In this document: one piece after another, positions 35,679 to 45,328 of the stretch
Numbering within the stretch: the first letter of the stretch is position 1
Layout: each line of letters starts with the position of its first letter
Assembly (NCBI GenBank): GCA_022711665.1
Contig: JAKLEN010000005.1
Location: forward strand, 261-64,260
Length of the DNA: 64,000 nucleotides
DNA from: Acidobacteriota bacterium
GTDB lineage: Bacteria > Acidobacteriota > Aminicenantia > Aminicenantales > Saccharicenantaceae
Direction of reading: 5' to 3'
Notes under the pieces: generated by a model
The model's input: only the letters and a program-made list of their open reading frames with translations
The model's database searches: none
Told to the model about the DNA's origin: nothing
Program-made: the position numbers and the translations under genes

Positions 35679-35984
35679 ATGAAACAGGCTGTGGCCTTGG
35701 CGCTCGCCGCTCTCTTCGTCGCCGGCTTGATCCATTTCTTCTTCGCCGAAGACCATTGCCCCGTCCATTGCCCGTCCCGAACCGGGCAATTCGGCCATGT
35801 CTATGCCCACCATCCCGGCGGCTCGGTCTGTCTCTGCTTCTGGTCTTCCCTCATGGGCCCGGAGGCGGATGACCTTCCGGAGATGGGCGCCTTCCTGACG
35901 TTTCTTGTTCCGCCCTCCGCCGAGCCCGTCCTCGGCCGGGCGGCCGCGGACATCACGCCGCCTCCTCGAGCCTCCTTCGTCTGA
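35679..35984 (+). CDS. small exported Cys/His-rich protein, a putative metal-binding protein preceding the czcCBA-like operon
   Basis: A signal-like N-terminus is followed by HCPVHCPSRTGQFGHVYAHHPGGSVCLCF. There is no Shine-Dalgarno, but the promoter lies immediately upstream. Confidence 0.45.
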   Translation: MKQAVALALAALFVAGLIHFFFAEDHCPVHCPSRTGQFGHVYAHHPGGSVCLCFWSSLMGPEADDLPEMGAFLTFLVPPSAEPVLGRAAADITPPPRASFV

Positions 35985-36029
35985 GCCCCGTCCGGTCCCG
36001 TTCCGACGTCCCAGACAAGGAGGATCGCC

Positions 36030-37289
36030 ATGCCGGTCACAAGACCGTTCGTCCCGATCTTGATCGCCGCCGCGGCCCTGGCTCTAGCGCCGCCGCTTTC
36101 CGCCGAACTTCCCGCTCAGACGGAGGGCCTGACCCTCGACCAGGCCGTTGAGACCGCCCTGGCCCGCAACCCCGAGGTCCTGGCCGCCCAGGCCAGGGTC
36201 GATGCGGCCCGGGGCCGGACGCTCCAGCTCAGGTCCCGTCCCGCGCCCGAAGTGACCGCCGGCGTCGAGGGGGTGCCCATCCCCGGACTGAAGAAGGCCG
36301 GCGACGAGATCGAAGTCCATCTCGGCCTCGAACAGGCCTTCGAGTATCCGGGCAAGCGCCGCCTGCGGTCCGAGATCGGCCGCCTGGGGGAGGATATGGC
36401 CCAGGCCGAGCTCGACCGGGTCCGGCTCCTGCTCGGGGCCAGGGTCAAGCGGGCCTACTGGGCCGCGGTCTTCGCCGGGAGCGCCGCCGAGGCCCTGGAG
36501 CGCTCCTCGGCCCGGCTCGACGCGCTTATCGAGGATCTGCAGGCGAAGTACCGGACGGGCGCGGCCGCATACGCCGACCTCCTGCGGGCCCGGGCGGAGA
36601 AGGCCCGGCTGAAAAACCAGATCCTCGAACAAGGCCGGGAAGAGCGCCAAGCGGAGCTGGCCCTCGACGAGCTTCTCGGCCGCCCGGCCGGCGAGCCGCT
36701 GACGCTGGCGACGGCCCTGCCCTTCGTCCCGCTCCAGGCCGATGCCGCGGCCCTCGTGGAGCGGGCCCGGGCCGGCCTGCCCTCGTTCCGGATCGCGGCG
36801 CTCCGGTCGGCCCAGGCGGACTCGGCCGTCAAGCTGGCCGGGCTCGGCCGCCGGCCCGATTTCCTGGCCGGCTTCCTCCTGCCGAGCGTGCGGACCAACG
36901 CCTGGGGCGTTTCGTTCGGGATGACCATGCCCTTCCTGCGCCCCGGCCGGGCCAAGGGCCAATTGCTGGAAGCGACCGCCGAGGCCGAGGCCGGCCGCTG
37001 GGCCGCCGCGGCCCTCGACCGGCGGGTCCGCACGGCCGTCGAGAGCGCCTACGTCGCCGCCAAGTCAGCCGAGGAGCAGGTTCTCGTCTATGAGCGGAGC
37101 CTGCTCCGGGAGCTCGAGGACGAGCTGGCCATCGAGCTCGAGTACTTCCGCTTCGGCAAGACCGAGGCGCTTGGCCTACTCGACCTGCACCGGACCTTTG
37201 TCCTGGCCCAGGTCGAGCACCTGCGCGCCCTGTTCCTCTACAATCTCTCCCTGGCCGACCTCGAGGCGGCCGGCGAATCCGCGGACTGA
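36030..37289 (+). CDS. TolC-family outer-membrane efflux protein (CzcC/CusC-like)
   Basis: AAGGAGGA precedes the ATG. A signal peptide is followed by the two-repeat OEP architecture. Confidence 0.8.
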   Translation: MPVTRPFVPILIAAAALALAPPLSAELPAQTEGLTLDQAVETALARNPEVLAAQARVDAARGRTLQLRSRPAPEVTAGVEGVPIPGLKKAGDEIEVHLGLEQAFEYPGKRRLRSEIGRLGEDMAQAELDRVRLLLGARVKRAYWAAVFAGSAAEALERSSARLDALIEDLQAKYRTGAAAYADLLRARAEKARLKNQILEQGREERQAELALDELLGRPAGEPLTLATALPFVPLQADAAALVERARAGLPSFRIAALRSAQADSAVKLAGLGRRPDFLAGFLLPSVRTNAWGVSFGMTMPFLRPGRAKGQLLEATAEAEAGRWAAAALDRRVRTAVESAYVAAKSAEEQVLVYERSLLRELEDELAIELEYFRFGKTEALGLLDLHRTFVLAQVEHLRALFLYNLSLADLEAAGESAD

Positions 37290-38434
37290 TGGAGAAACCC
37301 ATGAAGGCACCGTTCCGATATCTCATCCTGACCTCTTTCGCGATGCTCGCCCTCCTGGCGGGATGCCGGGCCGATCGCCCGGCCGATCCCGCCGCCGCGC
37401 CGGCCGCACCGACCGACGCCTCGGCCCGCGAAGCCGCCGGTCCATCCTCCGTGATTCTCTCGGCCGAGGCCGTGGCCGCGGCTGACCTCAAGATCGTGAG
37501 CGTGGCCGCGCGCCTCGTCGAGCGGCCGATCGCGGCCGCCGGCGAGCTCGAATGGAATCCCCGCCGCGTCGTCCATCTCACGGCCCGGACGCCCGGCCGG
37601 CTCGAGCGCGTGCTGGCCGTCCGGGGCGACCGCGTCCGCCGGGGCCAGCTGCTGGCCGAGATCTACAGCCCGGATTTCCTGACCCTCCAGGCGGAGTTCC
37701 TGCAGGCCGAGGCCCGGGCCAAACGGCATGCCGGCGACGCGGCGGAGGAAGGCGCGGCCCGGGCGGTCCTGAACGGCGCCCGCGAGCGGCTGGCCCTTCT
37801 CGGCCTGACCGCCGCCGAAATCGATGCTCTGGCGGCCGCCGGCGCCCCCCGTCCGCTGCTGGCCGTCCGGGCCCCGCTGGCCGGGACCGTGACCGAGAGC
37901 GGGGTCGTCCCGGGCGACGCGGTCGAGCTTGGCACGAGCCTGTTCCGCCTGGCCGATCCGTCGGTCCTTTGGGCCTGCCTCCATATCCAGGAGAAGGACC
38001 TCGGCGCGCTGAAGACCGGCGCGGAGGTCGTCCTGAGGACCCAGGCCTATCCGGGCGAGGAGTTCCGCGGCCGGCTGGCCCTCGTCGGCGACGTCATCGA
38101 CGCCGGGACCCGGACGGTCGAGGGCCGGGTCGAGGTCGCCAATCCCGACGGCCGGCTGAAGGCGGGCATGTACGTCGAATCGTCGACGCTGGCGGGCGGC
38201 GAGCGGCGGGCGCTGGTCGTCCCCGAGGAATGCGTCCAGGACGACGAGGGCAAGCCCGTCGTCTTCGTCAAGACGGGGGAGAGGACCTTCGCCCGGCGCC
38301 CCGTCGAGACCGGCGCGCGCTTCGCCGGTGTGGTCGAGATCGCGGGCGGGCTGGCGGAAGGGGAGAGCGTGGTCGCGTCCGGCAGCTTCCTCCTGAAGTC
38401 GGAGCTCCACAAGAGCGCCATGGGGGAGGATTGA
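37289..38434 (+). CDS. efflux RND periplasmic adaptor subunit (CzcB/CusB-like)
   Basis: It has a lipoprotein-like signal (LLAGC) and HlyD_D23/beta-barrel segments. The alternative start is the ATG at 37301, which has a GGAGA Shine-Dalgarno. Confidence 0.8.
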   Translation: MEKPMKAPFRYLILTSFAMLALLAGCRADRPADPAAAPAAPTDASAREAAGPSSVILSAEAVAAADLKIVSVAARLVERPIAAAGELEWNPRRVVHLTARTPGRLERVLAVRGDRVRRGQLLAEIYSPDFLTLQAEFLQAEARAKRHAGDAAEEGAARAVLNGARERLALLGLTAAEIDALAAAGAPRPLLAVRAPLAGTVTESGVVPGDAVELGTSLFRLADPSVLWACLHIQEKDLGALKTGAEVVLRTQAYPGEEFRGRLALVGDVIDAGTRTVEGRVEVANPDGRLKAGMYVESSTLAGGERRALVVPEECVQDDEGKPVVFVKTGERTFARRPVETGARFAGVVEIAGGLAEGESVVASGSFLLKSELHKSAMGED

Positions 38435-38435
38435 C

Positions 38436-41400
38436 ATGGGCTTCGTCGACGGCATCGTCGAGTCCTCCCTCAGGAAGAGGGCCCTGGTCGTCTTCGGGGT
38501 CCTGGCCCTCATCGGTCTCGGCGTCTGGGCCGTCCTGCGCATTCCCATCGACGCCTTTCCGGACGTGACCAACATCCAGGTCGAGGTCCTGTCCACGGCG
38601 CCGGGGATGTCGCCGCCCGAGGTCGAGCGATTCGTCACCTTCCCGGTCGAGACGGCCATGCGCGGCCTGCCCCGGCTCGTCCAGGTCCGCTCGGTCTCCA
38701 AGGCCGGCCTCTCGGTCGTGACGCTCATCTTCGAGGACGGGGTCGACGTCTATTTCGCCCGGGACCGCGTCCTCGAGCGGCTGATCGAAGCCCGGGAGCG
38801 AGTTCCCGCCGGCACCGAGATCGCCATGGGTCCGGTCTCGACGGCCATGGGAGAGATCTACCAGTACACGCTGGCCGGGACGCGGCCGGCGGGGCTGGAC
38901 CCGGTCGCCTATCTCACCGAGGTCCGGACGGTCCAGGACTGGATCCTGTCGCCGCTCATCAAGTCCATCCCCGGCGTCAACGAGATCAATTCCTTCGGCG
39001 GCTACATCCGGCAATTCCATGTCACCGTGGATCCCCAGAAACTCCTGGCCTACGACCTGACCCTGGGGGACGTCGGCGAGGCCTTGCGCCGGAACAACCT
39101 CAACGTCGGCGGCAACATCCTCGAACGGGGCGAGCAGCAGTACCTCGTCCGCGGCATCGGCCTGTTCCAATCCGTCGACGACATCGGCGCGGTGGCTCTG
39201 AAGACGGAGCGGGGGACGCCCGTCCTCGTCCGCGACGTCGCCGAGGTCCGGGCCGGCCAGGCCGTCCGCCAGGGCGGCGCGGTCAAGGACGGCCGCGGCG
39301 AGGTCGTCGGCGGCGTGGCCATGATGCTTCGCGGCGCCAACGGCCGGGAGGTCGTCCGAACCGTCCAGAGCCGCGTGGCCGAGATCAACGCTTCCGGCGT
39401 CCTGCCGCTGGGCCTGCGGATCGAGCCCTATTACCAGAGGTCGGACATCATCCGGCGGGCCGTCGGCACCGTCACCGAGGCCCTGCTCATCGGCTGCGTC
39501 CTCGTCGTCCTCATCCTCCTCGTCTTCCTGCGCAGCTCCCGCGGCGCCTTCATCGTCGTCCTGGCCCTGCCCCTCTCGATCCTGTTCACCTTTGTCATGA
39601 TGCGCGTCTTCGGGCTCTCGGCCAACCTCATGTCGCTCGGCGGCCTGGCCATCTCCCTGGGCATGATCATCGATGCTACGATCATCCAGGTGGAGAACGC
39701 CCAGAGGCACCTCTCGGAAAAGGGGGCCGGCGCCCGCCGCTTCACGACCGTCCTCCAGGCCATCCTCGAGGTCCGCAAGCCGTCGATCTACGGCGAGCTG
39801 ATCATCGCCCTGACCTTCATCCCCATCCTGGCCCTCCAGGGGATGGAGGGCAAGATGTTCATGCCCCTGGCCTTCACCCACATCATCGCCCTGTTCGCCT
39901 CGCTGTTGCTCTCGCTCGTGGCCATCCCGGCGTTCTGCCTGATGGTCCTGAAGCCCCAGGGCGACAAGAAGAGCTTCCTCGTCGAGGGAGCCAAAAAGGC
40001 CTACCTGCCGGTCCTGCGATGGGGGCTGCGGCGCAAGGCCCTGGTCGTCGTGGCCGCGGTCGCGCTCCTGGCCGGGACTGCGGCCCTCATCCCCCGGCTG
40101 GGTACCGAGTTCATGCCCATCATGGACGAGGGGGCCCTGGACGCGGACGTCCAGTTCCTGCCCGGCATCTCGCTTGCCGAGTCTCTGGAGATGAGCCGCA
40201 AGGTCGAGGCCCGGCTGATGGAGTTTCCCGAGCTGGTGACGATCATCGGCAAGACCGGGCAGACCGGCGTCGCCCTCGAGGCCCGGGGCGTCGAGAAGAC
40301 CGGCTTCGTGGGCGTGTTCAAGCCGCGGAACGAATGGACGTCGGCCCGGACGCGCCAGGAGATGACCGACAGGATGCGGGCCGCCCTCGAGGACTTCCCG
40401 GGCATGGCCTTTTCGTTCAGCCAGCCCATCGCCTGCCGCATCGACGAGCTCGTCGCCGGGACGCGGGCCCAGCTCATCGTCAAGCTCTTCGGCGAGGACC
40501 TCGACGTCCTCAAGGCCAAGGCCGACGCGATCGCGGCCGCCCTCGGCCGGATCGAGGGGGCGAAAGACATCAACGTCGAGCGCGTGGCCGGGCAGCCGTA
40601 CATCGTCGTCCGGCCCGACCGGGCCCGCATCGCCCGGCTCGGCCTCAACGTCGAGGACGTCCAATCGGTCGTCGAGACGGCGGTCGGCGGCAAGACCGTG
40701 ACCCAGATCTACGAGGGGGACCGGTACTTCGATCTGCAGGTCCGCTATCCTGAGGCGAGCCGGAACTCAGTCGAGACGATCGGGGCCATCCTCGTCCGGA
40801 CGCCGGGCGGGGCGCGCGTCCCCCTGAGCCAGGTGGCCGACATCGCCAGGCTCGAGGGTCCGAGCCAGATCAGCCGCGAATCCGGCCAGCGCCGCATCGG
40901 GGTCGAGTGCAACATCAGCGGCCGGGACCTGGGCGGCTTCGTGGCCGAGGCCAGGCGGGCCATCGGCCGGGAGGTCGGGCTCCCGGCCGGGTACTTCCTG
41001 ACCTGGGGCGGCCAATTCGAGAACCAGCAGCGGGCCATGCGGCGGCTGGCCGTCATCCTGCCGGTCACCATCGGGTTCATTGTCCTCCTGCTCTTCATGA
41101 CCTTCGGCTCGCTGCGGCTGTCGCTCCTGGTCCTGCTCGACCTGCCCTTTGCCCTGATCGGCGGCGTGCTGGCGCTCTGGATCTCCGGGCTCTACCTGTC
41201 CGTGCCGGCGTCGGTCGGCTTCATCGCCCTGTTCGGCATCGCCGTCCTCAACGGCATCGTCCTGCTCTCCTACATCACCCAGCTCGAGGAGCAGGGGATG
41301 GCCCCCGGACCGGCCATCGTCCAGGGCTGCCTCAACCGGCTGCGGCCGGTGCTGATGACGGCCACCATCACCGTCCTCAGCCTCGTGCCGCTGCTCTTCG

Positions 41401-41558
41401 CCCAGGGGCCCGGGTCGGAGATCCAGCGGCCGCTGGCGGTTGTCGTGGTCGGCGGCCTGATCTCCTCGACCCTCCTGACCCTCCTGGTCCTGCCGGTGCT
41501 GTACAGCTGGATCGGGCGAGGGAAGCAGGGGAGGAACGCAGTCGCGGCCGCTGATTAA
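38436..41558 (+). CDS. heavy-metal efflux RND transporter, CusA/CzcA family
   Basis: The 1040-aa protein has 12 TM helices and the AcrB/CzcA-family signature segments (AIxxGMIIDATII, GGLISSTLLTLLVLPVLY). Confidence 0.9.
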   Translation: MGFVDGIVESSLRKRALVVFGVLALIGLGVWAVLRIPIDAFPDVTNIQVEVLSTAPGMSPPEVERFVTFPVETAMRGLPRLVQVRSVSKAGLSVVTLIFEDGVDVYFARDRVLERLIEARERVPAGTEIAMGPVSTAMGEIYQYTLAGTRPAGLDPVAYLTEVRTVQDWILSPLIKSIPGVNEINSFGGYIRQFHVTVDPQKLLAYDLTLGDVGEALRRNNLNVGGNILERGEQQYLVRGIGLFQSVDDIGAVALKTERGTPVLVRDVAEVRAGQAVRQGGAVKDGRGEVVGGVAMMLRGANGREVVRTVQSRVAEINASGVLPLGLRIEPYYQRSDIIRRAVGTVTEALLIGCVLVVLILLVFLRSSRGAFIVVLALPLSILFTFVMMRVFGLSANLMSLGGLAISLGMIIDATIIQVENAQRHLSEKGAGARRFTTVLQAILEVRKPSIYGELIIALTFIPILALQGMEGKMFMPLAFTHIIALFASLLLSLVAIPAFCLMVLKPQGDKKSFLVEGAKKAYLPVLRWGLRRKALVVVAAVALLAGTAALIPRLGTEFMPIMDEGALDADVQFLPGISLAESLEMSRKVEARLMEFPELVTIIGKTGQTGVALEARGVEKTGFVGVFKPRNEWTSARTRQEMTDRMRAALEDFPGMAFSFSQPIACRIDELVAGTRAQLIVKLFGEDLDVLKAKADAIAAALGRIEGAKDINVERVAGQPYIVVRPDRARIARLGLNVEDVQSVVETAVGGKTVTQIYEGDRYFDLQVRYPEASRNSVETIGAILVRTPGGARVPLSQVADIARLEGPSQISRESGQRRIGVECNISGRDLGGFVAEARRAIGREVGLPAGYFLTWGGQFENQQRAMRRLAVILPVTIGFIVLLLFMTFGSLRLSLLVLLDLPFALIGGVLALWISGLYLSVPASVGFIALFGIAVLNGIVLLSYITQLEEQGMAPGPAIVQGCLNRLRPVLMTATITVLSLVPLLFAQGPGSEIQRPLAVVVVGGLISSTLLTLLVLPVLYSWIGRGKQGRNAVAAAD

Positions 41559-41594
41559 GCCGATAACGCCGGCGACAACCGGGCCGGGATGAGT

Positions 41595-41645
41595 GGGTTA
41601 AACCTGCCTTTTACCCATTTGTGGGTAAAAGGCAGGTTTGACCCC
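41595..41645. repeat. near-perfect 22-bp-stem palindrome between the RND operon and the permease genes
   Basis: GGTTAAACCTGCCTTTTACCCA-tttg-TGGGTAAAAGGCAGGTTTGACC has a single G:T mismatch. Its arm sequences recur flanking repeat copy 3 (56596-56606 and 57019-57029). Confidence 0.6.
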
Positions 41646-41666
41646 CTCTTGTCCCTATGGTATATC
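41638..41666 (+). promoter_or_regulatory. sigma70-type promoter (TTGACC-N17-TATATC) 9 nt upstream of the permease ATG at 41676
   Basis: The -35 overlaps the right arm of the palindrome. Confidence 0.45.
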
Positions 41667-41675
41667 TTCGGGCTC

Positions 41676-43127
41676 ATGAAAAGCCCCCTGCTCGCCACCA
41701 AATCCATCGAACAGCTGACCCGGGAGGCCGACTCCGACTCCTCCGGTCTTAAACGCGTCCTCGGACCCTGGCACCTCATCTTCCTCGGCGTCGGAGCCAT
41801 CGTCGGCGCGGGCATCTTCGTCATCACCGGCCACGCCGCCGCCCAATACGCCGGCCCGGCCGTCACGCTCTCGTTCATGCTGGCCGGCCTGACCTGCGCC
41901 TTCGCCGGCCTGTGCTACGCCGAGTTCGCCTCGCTCATCCCGATCGCCGGCAGCGCCTACACCTACGCCTACTCGACCCTGGGCGAGATCTTCGCCTGGA
42001 TAATCGGCTGGGACCTCATCCTCGAATATTCGCTGGGGGCCACGACCGTGGCCATCGGCTGGTCGGGCTACGTCGTCAGCTTCCTCAAGGGCATCGGCGT
42101 CGATTTTCCGGCCGTCCTGGCCGACGCGCCGTTCGCCTTCAACCCCCAGACCGGCGTCTGGACCCGGACGGGCGCCCTGATCAACCTGCCGGCCCTCTTC
42201 GTCATCGGCCTGATCACATTCATCCTCGTCCGGGGCATCCGGGAATCGGCCACCGTCAACTCCGTCATCGTCTTCCTGAAGATCAGCATCATCCTGGTCT
42301 TCATCGCCGCGGGCATCTTCTTCATCAAGCCCTCCCTGTGGAAGCCCTTCATCCCGCCCAACCAGGGGCAGTTCGGCTTCTTCGGCCTGAGCGGCGTCCT
42401 GCGCGGAGCCGGGGTCATGTTCTTCGCCTACCTCGGCTTCGACGCCGTCTCGACGACCGCCCAGGAGGCCAGGAACCCGAAGCGGGACATGCCCATCGGC
42501 ATCCTGGGCTCGCTTTGCGCCTGCACGATCATCTACATAGCTTTCTCGCTCGTCCTGACCGGGGTTGTGCCCTACACCGAGCTCAACGTCCCGGCCCCGG
42601 TGGCCGTGGCCATCGACGCCATGAAGCTCTTCTGGCTCTCGCCGCTGGTCAAGATCGCGGCCATCGTCGGCCTGATGTCGGTGATGATGGTCCAGCTGAT
42701 GGGCCAGCCCCGGATCTTCTTCACCATGGCCAAGGACGGCCTGCTGCCGGCGGCGGCGGGCAAGGTGCACCCGAAGTACGGCACGCCGCACGTCACGACG
42801 ATCATCACCGGCGTGATCGTCGGCGTGGCCGCCTCGCTCCTGCCCATGGGCATCGTCGGCGAGCTGGTCAGCATCGGCACGCTCTTCGCCTTCGTCATCG
42901 TCTGCGGCGGCGTCCTGGTCCTTCGCTACACGCGCCCCGATCTCCCCCGGCCGTTCAAGACCCCGTTCGTCCCCTTCGTCCCGATCCTGGGCATCCTGTC
43001 CTGCATCTACCTGATGTCCGGGCTGCCGTGGGCCACCTGGAGCCGCCTGCTCATCTGGATGGCCATCGGCCTGGTCATCTATTTCGCCTACGGCCTGCGC
43101 AAGAGCAAGCTCCGGAGGTCCGCATGA
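41676..43127 (+). CDS. APC-superfamily amino-acid permease
   Basis: It has 12 TM helices and the family motif GAGIFVITG. The ORF-track start at 41589 would run through the palindrome, so I rejected it. Confidence 0.8.
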   Translation: MKSPLLATKSIEQLTREADSDSSGLKRVLGPWHLIFLGVGAIVGAGIFVITGHAAAQYAGPAVTLSFMLAGLTCAFAGLCYAEFASLIPIAGSAYTYAYSTLGEIFAWIIGWDLILEYSLGATTVAIGWSGYVVSFLKGIGVDFPAVLADAPFAFNPQTGVWTRTGALINLPALFVIGLITFILVRGIRESATVNSVIVFLKISIILVFIAAGIFFIKPSLWKPFIPPNQGQFGFFGLSGVLRGAGVMFFAYLGFDAVSTTAQEARNPKRDMPIGILGSLCACTIIYIAFSLVLTGVVPYTELNVPAPVAVAIDAMKLFWLSPLVKIAAIVGLMSVMMVQLMGQPRIFFTMAKDGLLPAAAGKVHPKYGTPHVTTIITGVIVGVAASLLPMGIVGELVSIGTLFAFVIVCGGVLVLRYTRPDLPRPFKTPFVPFVPILGILSCIYLMSGLPWATWSRLLIWMAIGLVIYFAYGLRKSKLRRSA

Positions 43128-44629
43128 GCGATCCCGCCCCTGCCCCCCTGGCCTCAGTCGGGACCGGCGCGCCCGGCTTCAAGCGCGAGATGTCCCTGTT
43201 CGACGCCATGATGATCGTCATCGGGGCCATGATCGGCTCCGGCATCTTCATCGTCAGCGCCGACATCGCCCGCACGGTCGGCTCGCCCGGCCTGCTCGTC
43301 CTGGTCTGGGTCATCACCGGCGTGGTCACGGTCATCGGGGCCCTGAGCTACGGCGAGCTGGCCGGCATGATGCCCCACGCCGGCGGCCTGTACGTCTACC
43401 TCCGCGAGGCCTACAACCCGCTCGTCGGCTTCCTCTACGGCTGGACGACCTTCCTGGTCATCCAGACCGGGACCATCGCCGCGGTCGGCGTCGCCTTCGC
43501 CAAGTTCACCGGGCTCCTGATCCCCTGGTTCAGCGAGAAGCACATCCTGGCGACGGTCCTGGGGCTGCGGATCTCGGCCGCCCAGCTCCTGGCCATCGCC
43601 AGCATCGTCGTCCTGACCTGGCTCAACATGCGGGGCGTGCGGACGGGCAAGACCGTCCAGGGCGTCTTCACGGTGACCAAGACCGTGGCCCTGGCCGGGT
43701 TCATCCTGCTCGGCCTCTTCGTCGGGGCCAACGCCGGGGCGATCAAGGCCAACCTGGCCGCTTTCTGGAAGGCCAGCTGGACCCACATGGCCGGCGGCCA
43801 GATCGCCTCGGTCGAGCCGCTCTCGGGGCTCATGGTCCTGGCCGCCGTCGGGGCGGCCATGGTCGGTTCGCTCTTCGCCTCGGACGCCTGGTACACCGTG
43901 ACCTACATCGCCGGCGAGGTCAAGAACCCCAAGCGCAACATCCCCCTGAGCCTCGTTCTCGGGGCCGGGACCGTCGTCCTGCTCTATGTCCTGGCCAACA
44001 TCGCCTATATCCTCATCCTGCCCGTCCACGGCAGCCCGGAGGCCGCCGACGTCATGGGCCGGGGCATCCAGTTCGCCTCGTTCGACCGGGTGGGGACGGC
44101 GGCCGCCGAGATGATCTTCGGCCCGGCCGCGGCCGTCATCATGGCCGTGCTGATCATGATCGCCACGTTCGGCTGCAACAACGGTCTGATTTTGTCTGGC
44201 GCGCGCGTCTACTACGCCATGGCCAGGGACGGCCTGTTCTTCACCGCGACGGGGCGCCTGAACCGCAAGGCGGTCCCCGGGACGGCCCTGGTCGTCCAGT
44301 GCGTCTGGGCCTCGCTCCTGTGCCTGAGCGGGACCTACAGCGATCTCCTGGACTACGTCGTCTTCGCCGTGCTGATCTTCTTCGTCCTGGTCGTCTCGGG
44401 CATCTTCATCCTGCGGAAGAAGCGGCCCGATTGGGAGCGCCCCTACAAGGCCTGGGGCTACCCGGTCCTGCCCGCCCTCTACGTCCTGGCGGCCGCGGCC
44501 ATCGCCGTCGACCTGCTCGTCTTCAAGACGAAGTACACCTTCCCCGGGCTTCTGATCGTCCTGCTGGGGATCCCGGTCTACTTCGCGCGCCGGCGGTTCC
44601 TGAGGCCGGCGGCGCCGGTGGGGGACTGA
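43124..44629 (+). CDS. APC-superfamily amino-acid permease (second, divergent paralogue)
   Basis: Its start overlaps the previous stop (ATGA). The family motif is GSGIFIVSA. Confidence 0.8.
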   Translation: MSDPAPAPLASVGTGAPGFKREMSLFDAMMIVIGAMIGSGIFIVSADIARTVGSPGLLVLVWVITGVVTVIGALSYGELAGMMPHAGGLYVYLREAYNPLVGFLYGWTTFLVIQTGTIAAVGVAFAKFTGLLIPWFSEKHILATVLGLRISAAQLLAIASIVVLTWLNMRGVRTGKTVQGVFTVTKTVALAGFILLGLFVGANAGAIKANLAAFWKASWTHMAGGQIASVEPLSGLMVLAAVGAAMVGSLFASDAWYTVTYIAGEVKNPKRNIPLSLVLGAGTVVLLYVLANIAYILILPVHGSPEAADVMGRGIQFASFDRVGTAAAEMIFGPAAAVIMAVLIMIATFGCNNGLILSGARVYYAMARDGLFFTATGRLNRKAVPGTALVVQCVWASLLCLSGTYSDLLDYVVFAVLIFFVLVVSGIFILRKKRPDWERPYKAWGYPVLPALYVLAAAAIAVDLLVFKTKYTFPGLLIVLLGIPVYFARRRFLRPAAPVGD

Positions 44630-44643
44630 CGGGGCGGTCCGGG

Positions 44644-44841
44644 CTATTTCTTGTCCCGGCGCTCGGCGGCCAGCACCCCGGCGGCCATGTATTCCTTCGG
44701 CGAGAATTCCTGGATCCAGACCCGGATCGTTTCGAGCGGGGCGCCGATCGAGTCGTGCACGGCCGCCGTCACCGCCCCGAGCAGGGCCTTCTTCTGGTCG
44801 TCCGTGCGGCCTTCGAGCAGATGTATCTCGACGAGAGGCAT
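44644..44841 (-). CDS. 4-oxalocrotonate-tautomerase-family protein
   Basis: The 65-aa protein MPLVEIHLLEGRTDDQKKALL... has the catalytic Pro at position 2. Confidence 0.75.
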   Translation of the reverse strand: MPLVEIHLLEGRTDDQKKALLGAVTAAVHDSIGAPLETIRVWIQEFSPKEYMAAGVLAAERRDKK

Positions 44842-44900
44842 GGGTAGTCTCCTTTCCCGCCCATTGTATCAGGCCGGACGAGGGGGTCAACCAGGTAGGT

Positions 44901-44929
44901 TTGACTTTGCGGGGGGCTCCTGATATAAA
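44901..44929 (+). promoter_or_regulatory. sigma70-type promoter (TTGACT-N17-TATAAA) 10 nt upstream of the STAS gene ATG
   Basis: The ORF track treated the TTG of the -35 as a start codon. Confidence 0.5.
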
Positions 44930-44939
44930 AAATCCTGAC

Positions 44940-45299
44940 ATGGCGACACCCCTGATTATTAAAACCCGCGAAGTCTCGAGCATCGTCGTCTTCGATATCG
45001 AAGGCGAGATCAGCCGCCAGGACACGCCCCAGGTCACGCTCTCCAGCCTGGTCCAGGACGAGCTCGATCGCGGCCGGCGCAACATCCTCCTCGATCTCTC
45101 CGGCGTGGGCTTCATCGACAGCTACGGCGTCGGCGAGATCCTGGCCAGCTATAAATCCATCCAGAACCTCGGCGGCAGGCTCAAGCTCTGCCGGATCTCG
45201 CCCAAGCTCCTCCTGATCTTCAAGATCACCGGGCTCGACCGGGTCCTCGACATCCGTGAGGACTGCAGCCGGGCCCTGGAGAGCTTCAGCCAGGCCTGA
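44940..45299 (+). CDS. STAS-domain anti-sigma-factor antagonist (SpoIIAA/RsbV-like)
   Basis: The 119-aa protein has the conserved phosphorylatable serine context LDLSGVGFIDSYGVGEI. Confidence 0.8.
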   Translation: MATPLIIKTREVSSIVVFDIEGEISRQDTPQVTLSSLVQDELDRGRRNILLDLSGVGFIDSYGVGEILASYKSIQNLGGRLKLCRISPKLLLIFKITGLDRVLDIREDCSRALESFSQA

Positions 45300-45328
45300 T
45301 CTTCGGGGCGCCGGAGAGGGGAGGCCGC

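Noticed and set aside
38268-40664. 798-aa minus-strand ORF 38268..40664, and others antisense to czcA (39050..39388, 39431..39778, 40001..40693)
   Set aside because: They are antisense to the 1040-aa RND transporter, which has unmistakable family motifs.
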